DNA from: Negativicutes bacterium
GTDB lineage: Bacteria; Bacillota; Negativicutes; UBA1444
Assembly (NCBI GenBank): GCA_963665275.2
Contig: CAXXIN010000014.1
Coordinates: forward strand, 146,028-210,027
Direction: 5' to 3'
Length of the DNA stretch: 64,000 nucleotides
In this document: positions 18,246-29,200 of the stretch, in pieces
Numbering within the stretch: the first letter of the stretch is position 1
How the letters are laid out: each line of letters begins with the position of its first letter
Program-made: the position numbers and the translations under genes
Notes under the pieces: model-generated
The model's database searches: none
Seen by the model: the letters and a program-made list of their open reading frames with translations, nothing else
What the model was told of the DNA's origin: nothing

Positions 18246-19292
18246 TTACAGCAGTTGCAGATAATGCTGCATGGCGAGTGAAACGAGCGCGACGGCCAGC
18301 CAGCAGGAAAATCCGAGCAGGATCGGTTTGAATCCGTTGGCGATCAGCTGACGCAAATGGGTATTCAGGCCGATGGCGGTCATGGCCAGAATGATGCAAA
18401 ATTTGCCGGCCGAGCCGAGCAACTTGCAGGTAGCCGGCGTCAGCCAACCGAGAGTGCTGATGATGGAAGCGGCCAGGAACCCGAGAATGAACCAGGGAAA
18501 AATTTTCGCGAGGTTGAATGCGTTGCCTGCCGCCGCATTTTGGCGGGATACGAAAATTGCCAGAACCAGAGTGATGGGAACGATCATCAGCGTGCGGGTC
18601 AGTTTCACGATGGTGGCATAGTTGCCGGCGGCGTCGCTGAAGGAATAGCTGGCGGCGACGACGGAAGAGGTGTCGTTGATGGCTGTTCCTGCCCAGATGC
18701 CGAAGCCGATATCGCTCATCTCCAGCAGATGCCCGAAGAATGGGAAAATAAATACCGCGCAAATATTGAATAGAAATATCGTCGAGATGGAATACGCTAC
18801 ATCTTTGTCACTGGCGGAAATCACCGGTGCGGTGGCGGCGATAGCCGATCCGCCGCAAATGGAGGTGCCAACGCCGATCAGAATGCTGGTCTTTCCGGCC
18901 AGGTTCAGATAGCGACCGACCGCCCAGGCGGTGATGAATGCGGCGCTGAGAGTGAAGAGCATGATTGACAGCGACTGGCTGCCGACGGCAAAAACCTGAA
19001 AGAGGTTCATTTCAAAGCCGAGCAGGATGATGGAGCCCTGCAGGATTTTTTTGGCGGTGAACTTGATTCCGGGCTCGACGGCAGACGGGCGGGGCCAGAA
19101 GGCCAGCAGCATGCCGAACAATATGCCAAAGACCGGTCCGCCCACCAGCGGAAGTTTATAACCTGCAAACCAGGCCGGAACGGCGATGGCTGCGACCAGC
19201 AGCAGGCCGGGCAGGAGGGCGATCGTGGGATGGGTCGGCGCATTCGTTTTTATCAATATACCATGTGCCTCTTTTCCTCTATTTTTTTGCAT
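18246..19292 (-). CDS. YeiH-family putative sulfate exporter (start uncertain)
   Basis: GVGTSICGGSAIAA, GTAINDTSSVVAA, VKLTRTL; polytopic membrane protein. Confidence 0.9.
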   Translation of the reverse strand: MQKNRGKEAHGILIKTNAPTHPTIALLPGLLLVAAIAVPAWFAGYKLPLVGGPVFGILFGMLLAFWPRPSAVEPGIKFTAKKILQGSIILLGFEMNLFQVFAVGSQSLSIMLFTLSAAFITAWAVGRYLNLAGKTSILIGVGTSICGGSAIAATAPVISASDKDVAYSISTIFLFNICAVFIFPFFGHLLEMSDIGFGIWAGTAINDTSSVVAASYSFSDAAGNYATIVKLTRTLMIVPITLVLAIFVSRQNAAAGNAFNLAKIFPWFILGFLAASIISTLGWLTPATCKLLGSAGKFCIILAMTAIGLNTHLRQLIANGFKPILLGFSCWLAVALVSLAMQHYLQLL

Positions 19293-19349
19293 GGGATCAT
19301 TTTATCTCAATTATCCGCTTTCAGCAAAGCGGTTGTGAAAATATCGGGC

Positions 19350-19375
19350 AGGAAACTGGCCATTGTAGGTAGAAT
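19350..19375 (+). promoter_or_regulatory. Sigma-H-like promoter
   Basis: AGGA-N18-GAAT about 40 bp upstream of GTG 19416. Confidence 0.5.
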
Positions 19376-19415
19376 TAATATTTTAGAATCAAGAAATAAA
19401 CCGGGAGGGAACAAC

Positions 19416-19763
19416 GTGTTTGCACTCAATTTTCAATGGGCCCAGAATGAAGAATTGCTGATTGCACGTAAGAAGGATTGTACGGTTCATCTGGGTGACA
19501 TCCGGGACTCTTACCCCGAAAATTCGGTCGTCTGGATTACCGTTGGTCCCAAATACGGCACCAAGCGCAAACTCTACAGCGCGATGATCGACACTGTGTA
19601 CACCAAGGAATTCCATGCGCTGACCATGAACGATCTGCGCCATCAAAGTCCTGACATCAAAACGGTGGAAGATTTGCGCGAATACTTTCAAAAAAAATAT
19701 CAAAAACATATTCTGCCTGATGATATCGTTACAGTGATCTATTTTTCTGAAATCATCGAGTAA
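19416..19763 (+). CDS. ASCH/PUA-like domain protein
   Basis: GTG start after GGGAGGG; KKDCTVHLG and C-terminal DDIVTVIYF match the ASCH-like pattern. Confidence 0.65.
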   Translation: MFALNFQWAQNEELLIARKKDCTVHLGDIRDSYPENSVVWITVGPKYGTKRKLYSAMIDTVYTKEFHALTMNDLRHQSPDIKTVEDLREYFQKKYQKHILPDDIVTVIYFSEIIE

Positions 19764-19793
19764 TAAGCTGACCGATAAAATGGAGGCGAAAGC

Positions 19794-20141
19794 ATGATCA
19801 AAAAGGCGGACACTTTGCAGCCGGTAATGTTTCAAAACCGTTTCGGCGGCCAGGGCGAAGTAACGATGAAGCATCTGCTGACAGGTGAAGAGTTCTGCGG
19901 CAAAGGCCGGCTTTTTTCCCACAACGTGATTTTTCCCGGCTCATCCATCGGTTTTCATCAACATCATGGCGATTTTGAGACTTACTATATTCTAAAAGGC
20001 GAAGGCATAGCCGACGACAACGGCGTCAAGACTCCGGTCAAGGCTGGGGACGTCATTTATACGAAGGACGGGGAGAGTCATTCTATTGAAAATACTGGAA
20101 CAGAAAACCTGGAAATAATCGCCCTGGTTTTGTTCGCTTAG
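19794..20141 (+). CDS. Cupin domain protein
   Basis: PGSSIGFHQH..D.ETYYILKG, G.SHSIEN metal-binding motifs. Confidence 0.9.
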   Translation: MIKKADTLQPVMFQNRFGGQGEVTMKHLLTGEEFCGKGRLFSHNVIFPGSSIGFHQHHGDFETYYILKGEGIADDNGVKTPVKAGDVIYTKDGESHSIENTGTENLEIIALVLFA

Positions 20142-20156
20142 AACTGGAGGAGTTTA

Positions 20157-20813
20157 ATGAACAGGAAAATTTGGATTCAGGTGACCGCGTTACTCGCGGC
20201 CATTGTATTGCTTTTTGCGCTCTGGGGTTGTGGCAGCAGTGTTCCGGCAACGCATTCGGATAAAGCCTCTTCCGCTTCGCCAAAAATGTCGCAAGCCAAG
20301 GCGGCGACAACGCCCATGCCGCCCGGAATCAAGAAACCAAATACTGTGGAGGCCGTCGGCACCATCGAAGTTGCCTTCAGTCCAAATGGCGGAGGAGCTG
20401 CGCTGGTTGTCAAAGCAATCGGTGAGGCAAAGAAAACGATCAAGGTTCAGGCTTACAGTTTCACTAACACAGATATCGCCAAGGCGCTCGTCGATGCAGC
20501 AAAACGCGGCGTAACAGTGAGGGTCGTGCTGGACAAGAGCCAGGAAACCGAAAAATATACTTCGGCCACATTCCTGGCTAACGCAGGGGTGCCTGTCCGT
20601 ATTGATGATGAGTTTGCCATTGCTCACAGCAAAATCATGATCCTGGATGATGAGAATATCGTCACTGGCAGTTTCAACTTCACGAAGGCGGCGGAAGAAC
20701 GCAATGCCGAAAACGTGCTTGTGATCCGCGGCAACAAGGAACTGGCAAAACTCTATATGCGGAATTGGCAGTGGCGCTGGGATGCTTCCGAAGCCTACAA
20801 ACGGAAAGAATAG
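20157..20813 (+). CDS. Single-HKD phospholipase D family nuclease (Nuc-like), probable lipoprotein
   Basis: LWGC lipobox; VAFSP, AYSFT, HSKIMILD, TGSFNFT, NAEN. Confidence 0.88.
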   Translation: MNRKIWIQVTALLAAIVLLFALWGCGSSVPATHSDKASSASPKMSQAKAATTPMPPGIKKPNTVEAVGTIEVAFSPNGGGAALVVKAIGEAKKTIKVQAYSFTNTDIAKALVDAAKRGVTVRVVLDKSQETEKYTSATFLANAGVPVRIDDEFAIAHSKIMILDDENIVTGSFNFTKAAEERNAENVLVIRGNKELAKLYMRNWQWRWDASEAYKRKE

Positions 20814-20830
20814 GATGGAGCTTTAGACTG

Positions 20831-20875
20831 AAAATGAAAAGCGGCAGCTCTTTTGGAGTTGCCGCTTTTCATTTT
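20831..20875. terminator. Bidirectional intrinsic terminator
   Basis: AAAATGAAAAGCGGCAGCTC-TTTTG-GAGTTGCCGCTTTTCATTTT between convergent genes. Confidence 0.8.
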
Positions 20876-20908
20876 TCCAGATCGTTCACGCCAAACTGTG
20901 GCACCCGG

Positions 20909-22207
20909 TCAGAACAGTTTGGGCAGTGAGGGAACTTTCGGCAGCGATGGAAGTTGCGGTGGGGTTGGAACACCGGGAAGCGTGCCGGGTAACATGCCTG
21001 GCAGCGCGAGGTTCAGAAAAGGAATCTTGAGTGCTTCGAGACTGTCGGCGTCGCCGATATAGATCGTTATTCCCGCTATCGTAACCCTGATATTATAGTA
21101 ACGCGTGTAGCTTCCCCGCTTGGAGAAATTACCCGTCAGAGCTTCGAAGGCAACGCCCGAAATGGAGCCTGATCCCATCTGAAAAGCGCCGTCGGCGCTA
21201 ATGCCGGGTTGGGCGCCTTGCCCTTGCGCTTCGGCCTGGAAGTTGATCCGTCCATGGATATCCTTATCAGAGAGGTGGGCGCTGTCGATATTCTGTCCGG
21301 AGACTTTTTGCACATAACGCAGCGTATCCAGATAGATCGGACCGCTGGTGGTCAGGGAGCCCCCGAGGGAGTTCATCCTGGTATTGGAAAGTGAGAGAGT
21401 ACTGCCTGAAAGTGAAAAATCACCTGCGGCATCTGTGAAGGCGATAGCTCCCGCACTGCCCGACGGATTCTGAAAAGTACCTGTAGCTGTGGGTTTGTCA
21501 GTGGTGCCTGACAACACGAAATTGGTGGTCAGTGCGCCTGTCAACGGGATATTGGGCGAGTAGGACGCAGGTTCGACCCGGTCGATGCCCACCTGGATAT
21601 TCCCGCCGCCGCTGAAATTCCACAGTCCTTTGGCGGTGATGCCGGCAGAGCCGGACTTGGCTTTCAGGTCCAGGGAAAGGTCCGGGTGTTTGGCGAAATC
21701 GACAGTGCCATCCACATTTTTGAATTCATAGCGGTTTTCCACCATTAATACAGTGACTGTAGTATTGGTGGAAACCAGCATTCCCCGGAAGATGGCGAGA
21801 GGAGCGGCGCTGGCTTTGGGCAGCGCTTCGGTGACATTCCAACGGTTCTCCTTGTCGCGGCTGAGATTGAGGATCAAGCCGTCGAAGCTGACTTTGCGGA
21901 TGCGGCTGATATCGAAGCTTCGGCTCAGCAGGTCGGACACATCCAGGTCAAGCGTCAAGGCTTTGGCAGCAGCGATCAGGGCGCCAGATTTATCTTTGAG
22001 TTCGACTTGCCTGACGACCAGGGCGCCCGGCAGGGAAAACTCGACATCGCCGACTGAAAGTGTTCCGTTGATTGAACTGGAGGCTGTCTGCAGCAGGAAC
22101 TGCTTTGCTGCTCCAGTTGCGGAGGCGCCGAACATCTTCCAGGCCGCCGTGATGGCCAATAAACCGACGATCAAGCCGAGTACCAGATATTTTGCTTTCA
22201 GGTTCAT
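20909..22207 (-). CDS. AsmA/TamB-like envelope protein with Pro-rich tail
   Basis: N-terminal TM anchor, LSRDKENRWN, beta-rich Gly repeats; ATG 22207 after AAGGTG. Confidence 0.6.
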   Translation of the reverse strand: MNLKAKYLVLGLIVGLLAITAAWKMFGASATGAAKQFLLQTASSSINGTLSVGDVEFSLPGALVVRQVELKDKSGALIAAAKALTLDLDVSDLLSRSFDISRIRKVSFDGLILNLSRDKENRWNVTEALPKASAAPLAIFRGMLVSTNTTVTVLMVENRYEFKNVDGTVDFAKHPDLSLDLKAKSGSAGITAKGLWNFSGGGNIQVGIDRVEPASYSPNIPLTGALTTNFVLSGTTDKPTATGTFQNPSGSAGAIAFTDAAGDFSLSGSTLSLSNTRMNSLGGSLTTSGPIYLDTLRYVQKVSGQNIDSAHLSDKDIHGRINFQAEAQGQGAQPGISADGAFQMGSGSISGVAFEALTGNFSKRGSYTRYYNIRVTIAGITIYIGDADSLEALKIPFLNLALPGMLPGTLPGVPTPPQLPSLPKVPSLPKLF

Positions 22208-22439
22208 ACGAACACCTTCTTTCGGGCTGCGCATATTGGGTAGCTATATTTTCATTATGACATATTTGGAGGACCTTATCCTATAGGTCCGCAGTCTTGC
22301 CACAAAAATATTTTCTGAATTGAGCAAAAAAACTTATGGGAGGAGATTGGCTGCTAGCTAGCGAAATTAAGAACCAAAATTCGGTACAAATTTTCGGCGA
22401 AAACGGTCAATTATTCAGGTATGGAGGGAAGCGAAAATT

Positions 22440-22784
22440 ATGAATGGGTTGGATTGGGTCGCGGAATTTCCGGGTGCAGTCACGGTCAGCAATACGCAGG
22501 GCGTCATCGTGTATATGAATCAAAAAGCGGAGAAGGGTTATGGCGGCAGTCTCGTCGGGCAAAATATGCTGGAGTGTCACCCTGAACCTGCCCGGACCAA
22601 GTTGATGAAGCTGATGGAAACGCAGGCAATCAACACATATACGATCGAAAAAAACGGCATTAAGAAACTGATTCATCAGGCGCCGTGGTTTACTGACGCT
22701 CAATACGCCGGGTTTGTCGAACTATCGATTGAAATCCCCTTTGAGATGCAGCACTTTGTCCGGGCGCCGCAACCGGCGAAATAA
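22440..22784 (+). CDS. Stand-alone PAS-domain protein
   Basis: GVIVYMN, LVGQNMLECHP, NTYTIEKNG.KKLIHQAPW. Confidence 0.75.
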   Translation: MNGLDWVAEFPGAVTVSNTQGVIVYMNQKAEKGYGGSLVGQNMLECHPEPARTKLMKLMETQAINTYTIEKNGIKKLIHQAPWFTDAQYAGFVELSIEIPFEMQHFVRAPQPAK

Positions 22785-22851
22785 AATTTTACGCATCAAA
22801 AAAACAAGGAGGAGTGCATCGTCAATATTCTTGCATGAAACCCGGCAATAC

Positions 22852-22881
22852 AAAGGGGCGCCAATTGCATGGCGCCCCTTT
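22852..22881. terminator. Bidirectional hairpin terminator
   Basis: AAAGGGGCGCCA-ATTGCA-TGGCGCCCCTTT between convergent genes. Confidence 0.75.
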
Positions 22882-22894
22882 AAAATATTTGCAG

Positions 22895-23707
22895 TTAAAT
22901 GGGAGTTGAGGGGGCGTGCCTTTTTTTCGCCGCCTCCAGCATATCCGGCAATGAAACCTCCGGGTTATGGTAACGTTCTTTACCTGCCGTTTTTTTGGCA
23001 AACTGGATCGCTTCCTGCGGGCACCATTGTAGGCAGGCCAGGCACTGTTCGCAGTGGTGGAGCCAGAGGGGGCGTCCCGATTCCAAACGGATATTGGCGG
23101 CCGGGCAAACCTGAGAGCAGATGCCGCAGCTGTTGCATTTTTCATTGGCCCAGAAGTCCTTGTCCATTGCCGCGACCCGCGGCGCGGCCAGGGCGTTGAT
23201 AGCCGAAAGAACAGCGTTTTGCCACCAGGGTCCTTTTTCGATCGATCCCGCTTTTTTATAAGATACAATAGTGGCGATTCGGTCCAGTTTCTGCGCGGCA
23301 TCTGTGAATAATTTCTGTTGCTTTTCGGTTGGTTGGGCGCCATTCCAAATGATATAGTTTGATGGCGTCAGCATTCCGAAGCCGGCGGAGAGAAAAATTC
23401 CCCGTTCGGATAAACGCGCCCGAAGCTGCAGCAGCGTAGCTGCAACTTGCCCGGCATTCACCGCCAATGCGAAAAAGTAGCAATTCGGTCGGGTTTTCAG
23501 CTGTCGGACAAACTCTTTGACGCGTTGCGGTAAGCCCCACATGTGAACGGGAAAGATGAGGCCGATCCGGTCGCAATCGTCGCCTGGAAGCTCATAGTCG
23601 GCACCCAGGGAATAAAGTTCGACGGGCTCATCGAGCCGTGCTGCCAACTGGCGGGCCACCCAGAGCGAGTTGCCGGTCCCGGTATAGTAATATAAGCGGG
23701 TTGACAT
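22895..23707 (-). CDS. EFR1-family flavodoxin-fold/4Fe-4S ferredoxin
   Basis: YYTGTGNSL; CNSCGICSQVCP and CEQCLACLQWCP; ATG 23707 after GGAGG. Confidence 0.9.
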   Translation of the reverse strand: MSTRLYYYTGTGNSLWVARQLAARLDEPVELYSLGADYELPGDDCDRIGLIFPVHMWGLPQRVKEFVRQLKTRPNCYFFALAVNAGQVAATLLQLRARLSERGIFLSAGFGMLTPSNYIIWNGAQPTEKQQKLFTDAAQKLDRIATIVSYKKAGSIEKGPWWQNAVLSAINALAAPRVAAMDKDFWANEKCNSCGICSQVCPAANIRLESGRPLWLHHCEQCLACLQWCPQEAIQFAKKTAGKERYHNPEVSLPDMLEAAKKRHAPSTPI

Positions 23708-23784
23708 AGCGATAACCTCCCTGATGCATTGCATGGCGCAATCATTGGTTTACTGTTTTTGATCAAGACCCTCATACCGTCATT

Positions 23785-23809
23785 ATTCGCCAATGTTCCG
23801 TGTTTTCCT
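23785..23809 (-). promoter_or_regulatory. Sigma-H-like promoter (EFR1 gene)
   Basis: Minus strand AGGA-N17-GAAT. Confidence 0.5.
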
Positions 23810-23884
23810 TGCCGCGTGAGATTCGTCCTGCCCCAAAGCAGTTTGCAGTAGGCTGATTTTTCTCGGGACGATCCAATTCGTGGC

Positions 23885-23909
23885 AGGATTGTCCGGTTTC
23901 AAAACGAAT
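23885..23909 (+). promoter_or_regulatory. Sigma-H-like promoter (SDR gene)
   Basis: GCAGGA-N17-GAAT. Confidence 0.5.
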
Positions 23910-23997
23910 AAAGTAGGGATAACATAGTCTCGATCCTAATCACTTGAACAATAGAAAGATGCATGAACCATCAAAAATTGACAGGAGGGTTTCGTTT

Positions 23998-24774
23998 ATG
24001 CAACCACTTCAAGGAAAGATCGCTTTTATCAGCGGCGCAAGCAGTGGTATCGGTAAAGCCAGCGCCGAGGCCTTCGCCAAGGCCGGTGCCAAATTGATCC
24101 TGTGCGCCAGAAGCATCGACAAAATCAAGGCGCTGTCTGCCGCTCTGAAAGAGCAATATCAGACCGAGAGCATTCCTGTCGAACTCGATGTGCGCAACCG
24201 AGCCAGCGTGACTGAAGCGATTGAGTCGTTGCCGGAGCCCTGGAAACACATCGACATTTTGGTGAATAACGCCGGCGGCGCATTGGGCATGGACAAGCTG
24301 CAAGAAGGGAATCCAGATGACTGGGACACGATGATCGATACGAATATCAAGGGCTTGCTGTACCTGACGCGTCAGGTCGTGCCGCTCATGCTGAAATATC
24401 AGCTCAACGGCCATGTGGTGAATATTGGTTCGACCGCCGGGATGCACGCTTATCCCAACGGTGCGGTCTATTGCGCGACAAAAGCCGCCGTGCAGTTCAT
24501 CAGCGATGGGCTGCGGATGGATGTCGTGGATACGCCGATCCGGGTCACCAACATCCAGCCGGGAATGACACAAACTAACTTCAGCAATGTACGGTTCCAC
24601 GGCGACGAGCAAAAAGCGGCCAACGTCTATGAAGGAATTACCCCGTTGTCGCCTGAGGATATCGCGGATATCATCGTTTACGCCACCAGCGCGCCGGCGC
24701 ACGTGCAGATCTGCGAAGTGACAGTTACACCGACTCATCAGGCCACCGGCCGCGTCATGTATAAAACAAAGTAA
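23998..24774 (+). CDS. NADP-dependent SDR oxidoreductase (YdfG-like)
   Basis: SGASSGIG, NNAG, YCATK; ATG 23998 after AGGAGG. Confidence 0.9.
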   Translation: MQPLQGKIAFISGASSGIGKASAEAFAKAGAKLILCARSIDKIKALSAALKEQYQTESIPVELDVRNRASVTEAIESLPEPWKHIDILVNNAGGALGMDKLQEGNPDDWDTMIDTNIKGLLYLTRQVVPLMLKYQLNGHVVNIGSTAGMHAYPNGAVYCATKAAVQFISDGLRMDVVDTPIRVTNIQPGMTQTNFSNVRFHGDEQKAANVYEGITPLSPEDIADIIVYATSAPAHVQICEVTVTPTHQATGRVMYKTK

Positions 24775-24851
24775 CAATTGACAAAACGCAGCAGCTCCCG
24801 GAGCTTGAAACGCGGAGTGCTGTAAAAGTGAAAAGGAAAGAAGTTTAGCGG

Positions 24852-25205
24852 ATGGAAAAAATAAAAGCGCTGCTCATCGGGTTCACAGGAGGCATTGTTG
24901 GGGGCTTGCTGGGTATCGGCGGCGCCATCGTTCTCGTTCCCCTCATGGTCAATTGTCTGGGTGTGAGTCAGCATATGGCGCACGCCACCAGTCTGGCGGT
25001 GATCATCCCGGGAGCCGCCATCAGCGCGCTCGTTTATCAGGGATTCGGGCAGCTTGACCTCGGGCTTGCCGGCATGTTTGCAGTCGGTGGAATCGGCGGC
25101 GCCTATATTGGCGCATCCCTTATGCCCTATGTCAAACCTTATATTCTCAAACGGATTTTTGCGGTTGTCGCTCTTGCGCTCGCCATCCGGATGGGGGTGA
25201 GCTAA
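24852..25205 (+). CDS. TauE/SafE (TSUP) exporter half-protein 1
   Basis: GLLGIGGAIVLVP, QHMAHATSL; 117 aa hydrophobic. Confidence 0.82.
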   Translation: MEKIKALLIGFTGGIVGGLLGIGGAIVLVPLMVNCLGVSQHMAHATSLAVIIPGAAISALVYQGFGQLDLGLAGMFAVGGIGGAYIGASLMPYVKPYILKRIFAVVALALAIRMGVS

Positions 25206-25207
25206 CG

Positions 25208-25639
25208 ATGCTGATCATCGCAATTCTAACAGGCATGGTCACAGGCGTGCTCAGTGGACTGCTCGGAATCGGCGGCGGTGCAATTCTGGTGGTTTCCGCC
25301 GTGGTGTTCATGGGTGTCGGGCAACATGCGGCGCAGGCCGCCGCACTGGTCGCGATGATACCGACCGCATTGGTCGGCGTGGCCAAGCATCACCGCAACA
25401 AGATGATCAACTATCAGGTGGCTCCTTATCTGGCGCTGGGTCTCGTCCTCGGGGGCATGATCGGGGCTTATGCCGCCAACAATATCTCAGACACGCTTCT
25501 TCGCAAAATTTTCAGCGTGTTCTTCAGCCTAATGAGCGTGCAAATGTTCTGGACCTCCTATAAACAGGAGAAACTGGCGAAAGCGGCAGAGCGGCAGAGC
25601 GGCAGGCAGCGGCTGAAAAAGGGACAAAATGAAAATTGA
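25208..25639 (+). CDS. TauE/SafE (TSUP) exporter half-protein 2
   Basis: GLLGIGGGAILV, QHAAQA; paralogous to the upstream half. Confidence 0.82.
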   Translation: MLIIAILTGMVTGVLSGLLGIGGGAILVVSAVVFMGVGQHAAQAAALVAMIPTALVGVAKHHRNKMINYQVAPYLALGLVLGGMIGAYAANNISDTLLRKIFSVFFSLMSVQMFWTSYKQEKLAKAAERQSGRQRLKKGQNEN

Positions 25640-26261
25640 ACGGTCAATCATGAACCCGAACTTGCTTGAAGTAGTGGACGAAAACACACAGAATAAATTT
25701 TACGGCTGCAATCAGGAATGGTATACGACCGAGTGGCAAAGGCGCGCCGGCTGCGGTCCTTCGGTCGCCTGCAACATCATACGTTATCTGAGCAGCGCGC
25801 CTGAAGCAACCAACAGCAAAGCAGATTGGCTGTCCCTGATGGAGGAATCTTGGGAACATGTGACGCCAACGACCAGAGGGATGCCCACGACCCAGTTGTT
25901 CTATGACTCGGTGCTTGCATATGCCCGGGCCAAGGGGCTGAATATCGAATGCCACTGCTGCGACATCCCGGAAGATGCGGCCTGCCGACCTGATTTGCCG
26001 ACTATACTGCACTTTGTTGAAAGCGGCCTGCTGAACGATGCTCCCATCGCTTTTTTGAACCTATGCAATGGCGAGGAGAAAAATTTGTACCGCTGGCATT
26101 GGGTGACGATCATTTCTCTGGATTATGTTGCAGGTGGCAACCAGGCTTTGGTGAAGATTCTCGATGAAGGATTGGTGAAAGAAATCGATCTCGCGTTGTG
26201 GCATGAAACGACAACGCTGGGCGGTGGGTTCGTATATTTTACCGAAAATGAAGGGAAGTAG
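25629..26261 (+). CDS. Hypothetical protein, possible C39-like/papain-fold peptidase
   Basis: Q...GCGP near the N-terminus, HWVTI and a downstream Asp suggest a Cys-His-Asp triad. Confidence 0.5.
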   Translation: MKIERSIMNPNLLEVVDENTQNKFYGCNQEWYTTEWQRRAGCGPSVACNIIRYLSSAPEATNSKADWLSLMEESWEHVTPTTRGMPTTQLFYDSVLAYARAKGLNIECHCCDIPEDAACRPDLPTILHFVESGLLNDAPIAFLNLCNGEEKNLYRWHWVTIISLDYVAGGNQALVKILDEGLVKEIDLALWHETTTLGGGFVYFTENEGK

Positions 26262-29200
26262 ATGAGCATGGCGAAACGAAAAATGAAAACAATGGACGGG
26301 AATACAGCGGCCGCATATGTTTCTTATGCGTTTACCGAGGTCGCCGCTATCTATCCGATCACGCCGTCGTCCCAAATGGCGGAGCTGGCTGATGAATGGT
26401 CGGCATTGGGAAAGAAAAACATTTTTGGACAGCCGGTCCGCGTCGTGCAGATGCAGTCGGAAGGCGGCGCGGCGGGAGCATTGCACGGCTCTCTGCAGGC
26501 CGGGGCCTTGTCGACTACCTACACGGCTTCACAAGGTCTGTTGCTCATGATCCCCAATATGTACAAAATCGCCGGCGAGTTGCTGCCCGCTGTTTTCCAT
26601 GTCAGCGCCCGGGCTCTGGCGGCCAATGCGCTCAGTATATTCGGCGACCATCAGGATGTCATGGCCACTAGGCAAACGGGGTTTGCCCTACTGGCCTCGA
26701 GCAGTGTTCAGGAAGCCATGGACCTGGCGGCAGTCGCTCATTTGTCAGCTATCCGGGGACGCTTGCCCTTTCTTCATTTCTTTGATGGATTCCGCACGAG
26801 CCATGAGGTCCAGAAAATTGAAGTGCTGGAATATGACGAACTGGCGGCGCTGCTTGATACCGAAGCGGTCAGGGAATTCCGCGACCGGTCGCTCAGCCCC
26901 AATCATCCGGTGACTCGAGGTACGACGCAAAACCCTGATATTTATTTTCAGACGCGTGAGGCCGTCAATAAGTTTTACGCGGCTCTGCCTGGCATCGTCG
27001 AAGAAAGCATGCGACAGATCAACGAACTGACCGGCCGAAACTACCAGCTGTTCAATTACTATGGCGCACCTGATGCCGAGCGGGTCGTTGTCGCCATGGG
27101 GTCGGCCTGTGATGCGATCAGGGAAACCATCGATTATTTGAGCGCCAAAGGCGACAAGGTCGGCTTGCTGGAAGTTCATCTGTACCGGCCTTTTGCCATC
27201 GAACGTTTTCTGGCTGCGATTCCGCCTGGCGTCCGCAAGATCGCCGTTCTGGACCGGACCAAAGAGCCGGGCGCGGCAGGAGATCCGCTGTACCTGGACG
27301 TCCGCAACGCCTATTGCGGAAAAGACGGCGCGCCTCTTATCGTGGGCGGCCGCTACGGCCTGGGTTCCAAGGACTTCACGCCGGCGGACATTGCCGCAGT
27401 TTATGAAAACCTGAAACTGGAAAACCCGAAAAACGGGTTTACAGTGAGCATTGTGGATGACGTGACTTTTGCTTCGCTGCCGGAATACGGACAGGACATT
27501 GATACCACCCCCGCAGGAACCACCTGCTGCAAATTCTGGGGTCTGGGGTCGGACGGAACGGTCAGCGCCAACAAGAGCGCCATCAAGATCATCGGCGATC
27601 ATACCGACATGTACGCACAGGCTTATTTTGCCTACGATGCGAAAAAATCCGGCGGCATCACCGTGTCGCACCTGCGGTTCGGAAAATCACCCATCCGATC
27701 ATCCTACCTCATTAACAAGGCCGACTTCGTGGCCTGCCACAATCAGTCCTATGTCAACAAATACAATGTTCTCGCCGGACTGAAACCGGGCGGCAAGTTC
27801 CTGCTTAATTGCGAATGGAGTGAACAGGAACTGGAGGCCACCCTGCCAGGATTCATGAAGCGTTTCATCGCCCGTAACGGCATCCAGTTCTACACCATCG
27901 ACGCCCTGAAACTCGCGGCGGAGATCGGGCTGGGCGGACGGATCAACATGATCATGCAGTCGGCATTCTTCAAACTGGCCGAAATCATCCCGATGGCTGA
28001 TGCCGTCAGCTATCTGAAGGAAGCGCTGGCCGAAGATTACGGCAAACAGGGGCAGAAGGTCATCGACATGAACTATGCGGCCGTGGAACAGGGCATGAAT
28101 GCGGTCGTGAAGATCGCCGTGCCGGAAGCCTGGAACAACGCAGTCGACAAAGAATCCGACATTCAGCACGTCGCGTGCGCCTGCTCGAGTGATATCGCGC
28201 TCAGCGGGATGCCTGCCTTTGTCAATGAAATGCTGGTTCCGATGAACCGCCAGGAAGGCGACCAGCTGCCTGTCAGCATGTTCAACGGCCGCGAGGACGG
28301 GACTTTCCCCTCCGGCACAACCGCCTATGAAAAACGAGGTGTCGCAGTAGAAGTGCCGGAATGGCAGTCTGACAAGTGTATTCAGTGCAATCAGTGCGCG
28401 TTCGTATGTCCGCATGCCGTCATCCGCCCGCTGCTGATCGACAGCGGGGAAATGGCTGCCGCGCCTGCAGGGTTTGCGGTCAGGCCCGCCACCGGCTATC
28501 CGGGACAACATTTCCATCTCGCCATTTCCGCACTGGATTGCACCGGTTGCGGCAGTTGCGTCGAGGTCTGTCCGGTCAAAGGGAAAGCGCTCGAGATGAA
28601 GTCGCTGGCCAGCCAGCTTCCCCGGGGCGAAGAATGGTGGGCTTTTGCCGGCAGCATTGCGGTCAAGCCGATTGACGCGAAACAGAAACTGACAGTCAAA
28701 GGCAGTCAGTTCGCCCAGCCTTTGCAGGAATTCTCCGGCGCCTGTGCTGGCTGCGGCGAAACGCCGTATGCGAAACTCATTACCCAACTGGTGGGCGACC
28801 GGATGATGATTTCCAACGCCGCGGGCTGCTCCACCGTGTGGGGGGCCAGCGCCCCGTCCATGTCCTATTGCAAAAACGCAGACGGATGCGGCCCGGCTTG
28901 GGCCTTCTCGCTGTTCGAAGACAATGCCGAATACGGCTTCGGCATGCATGTGGGGGTAGCGCAGCTGCGCCGGACCTTGCAGGGAAAACTGGAGGAAGCT
29001 CTGACGCACAATCCGCCTTCCCAGCTGCGGGACGCCATCACCGACTGGATGGCGCACATGGCGGAAGGAAATGGCACCCGCGAACGGGCCGGCCGCCTGA
29101 TCGCAGCGCTGGAGTCCGCCAAGGGCAACGATGCGTTGCTGAACGAAATCTATGACCAACGCGATTATCTGGTGAAACGTTCCCAATGGATTTTCGGCGG

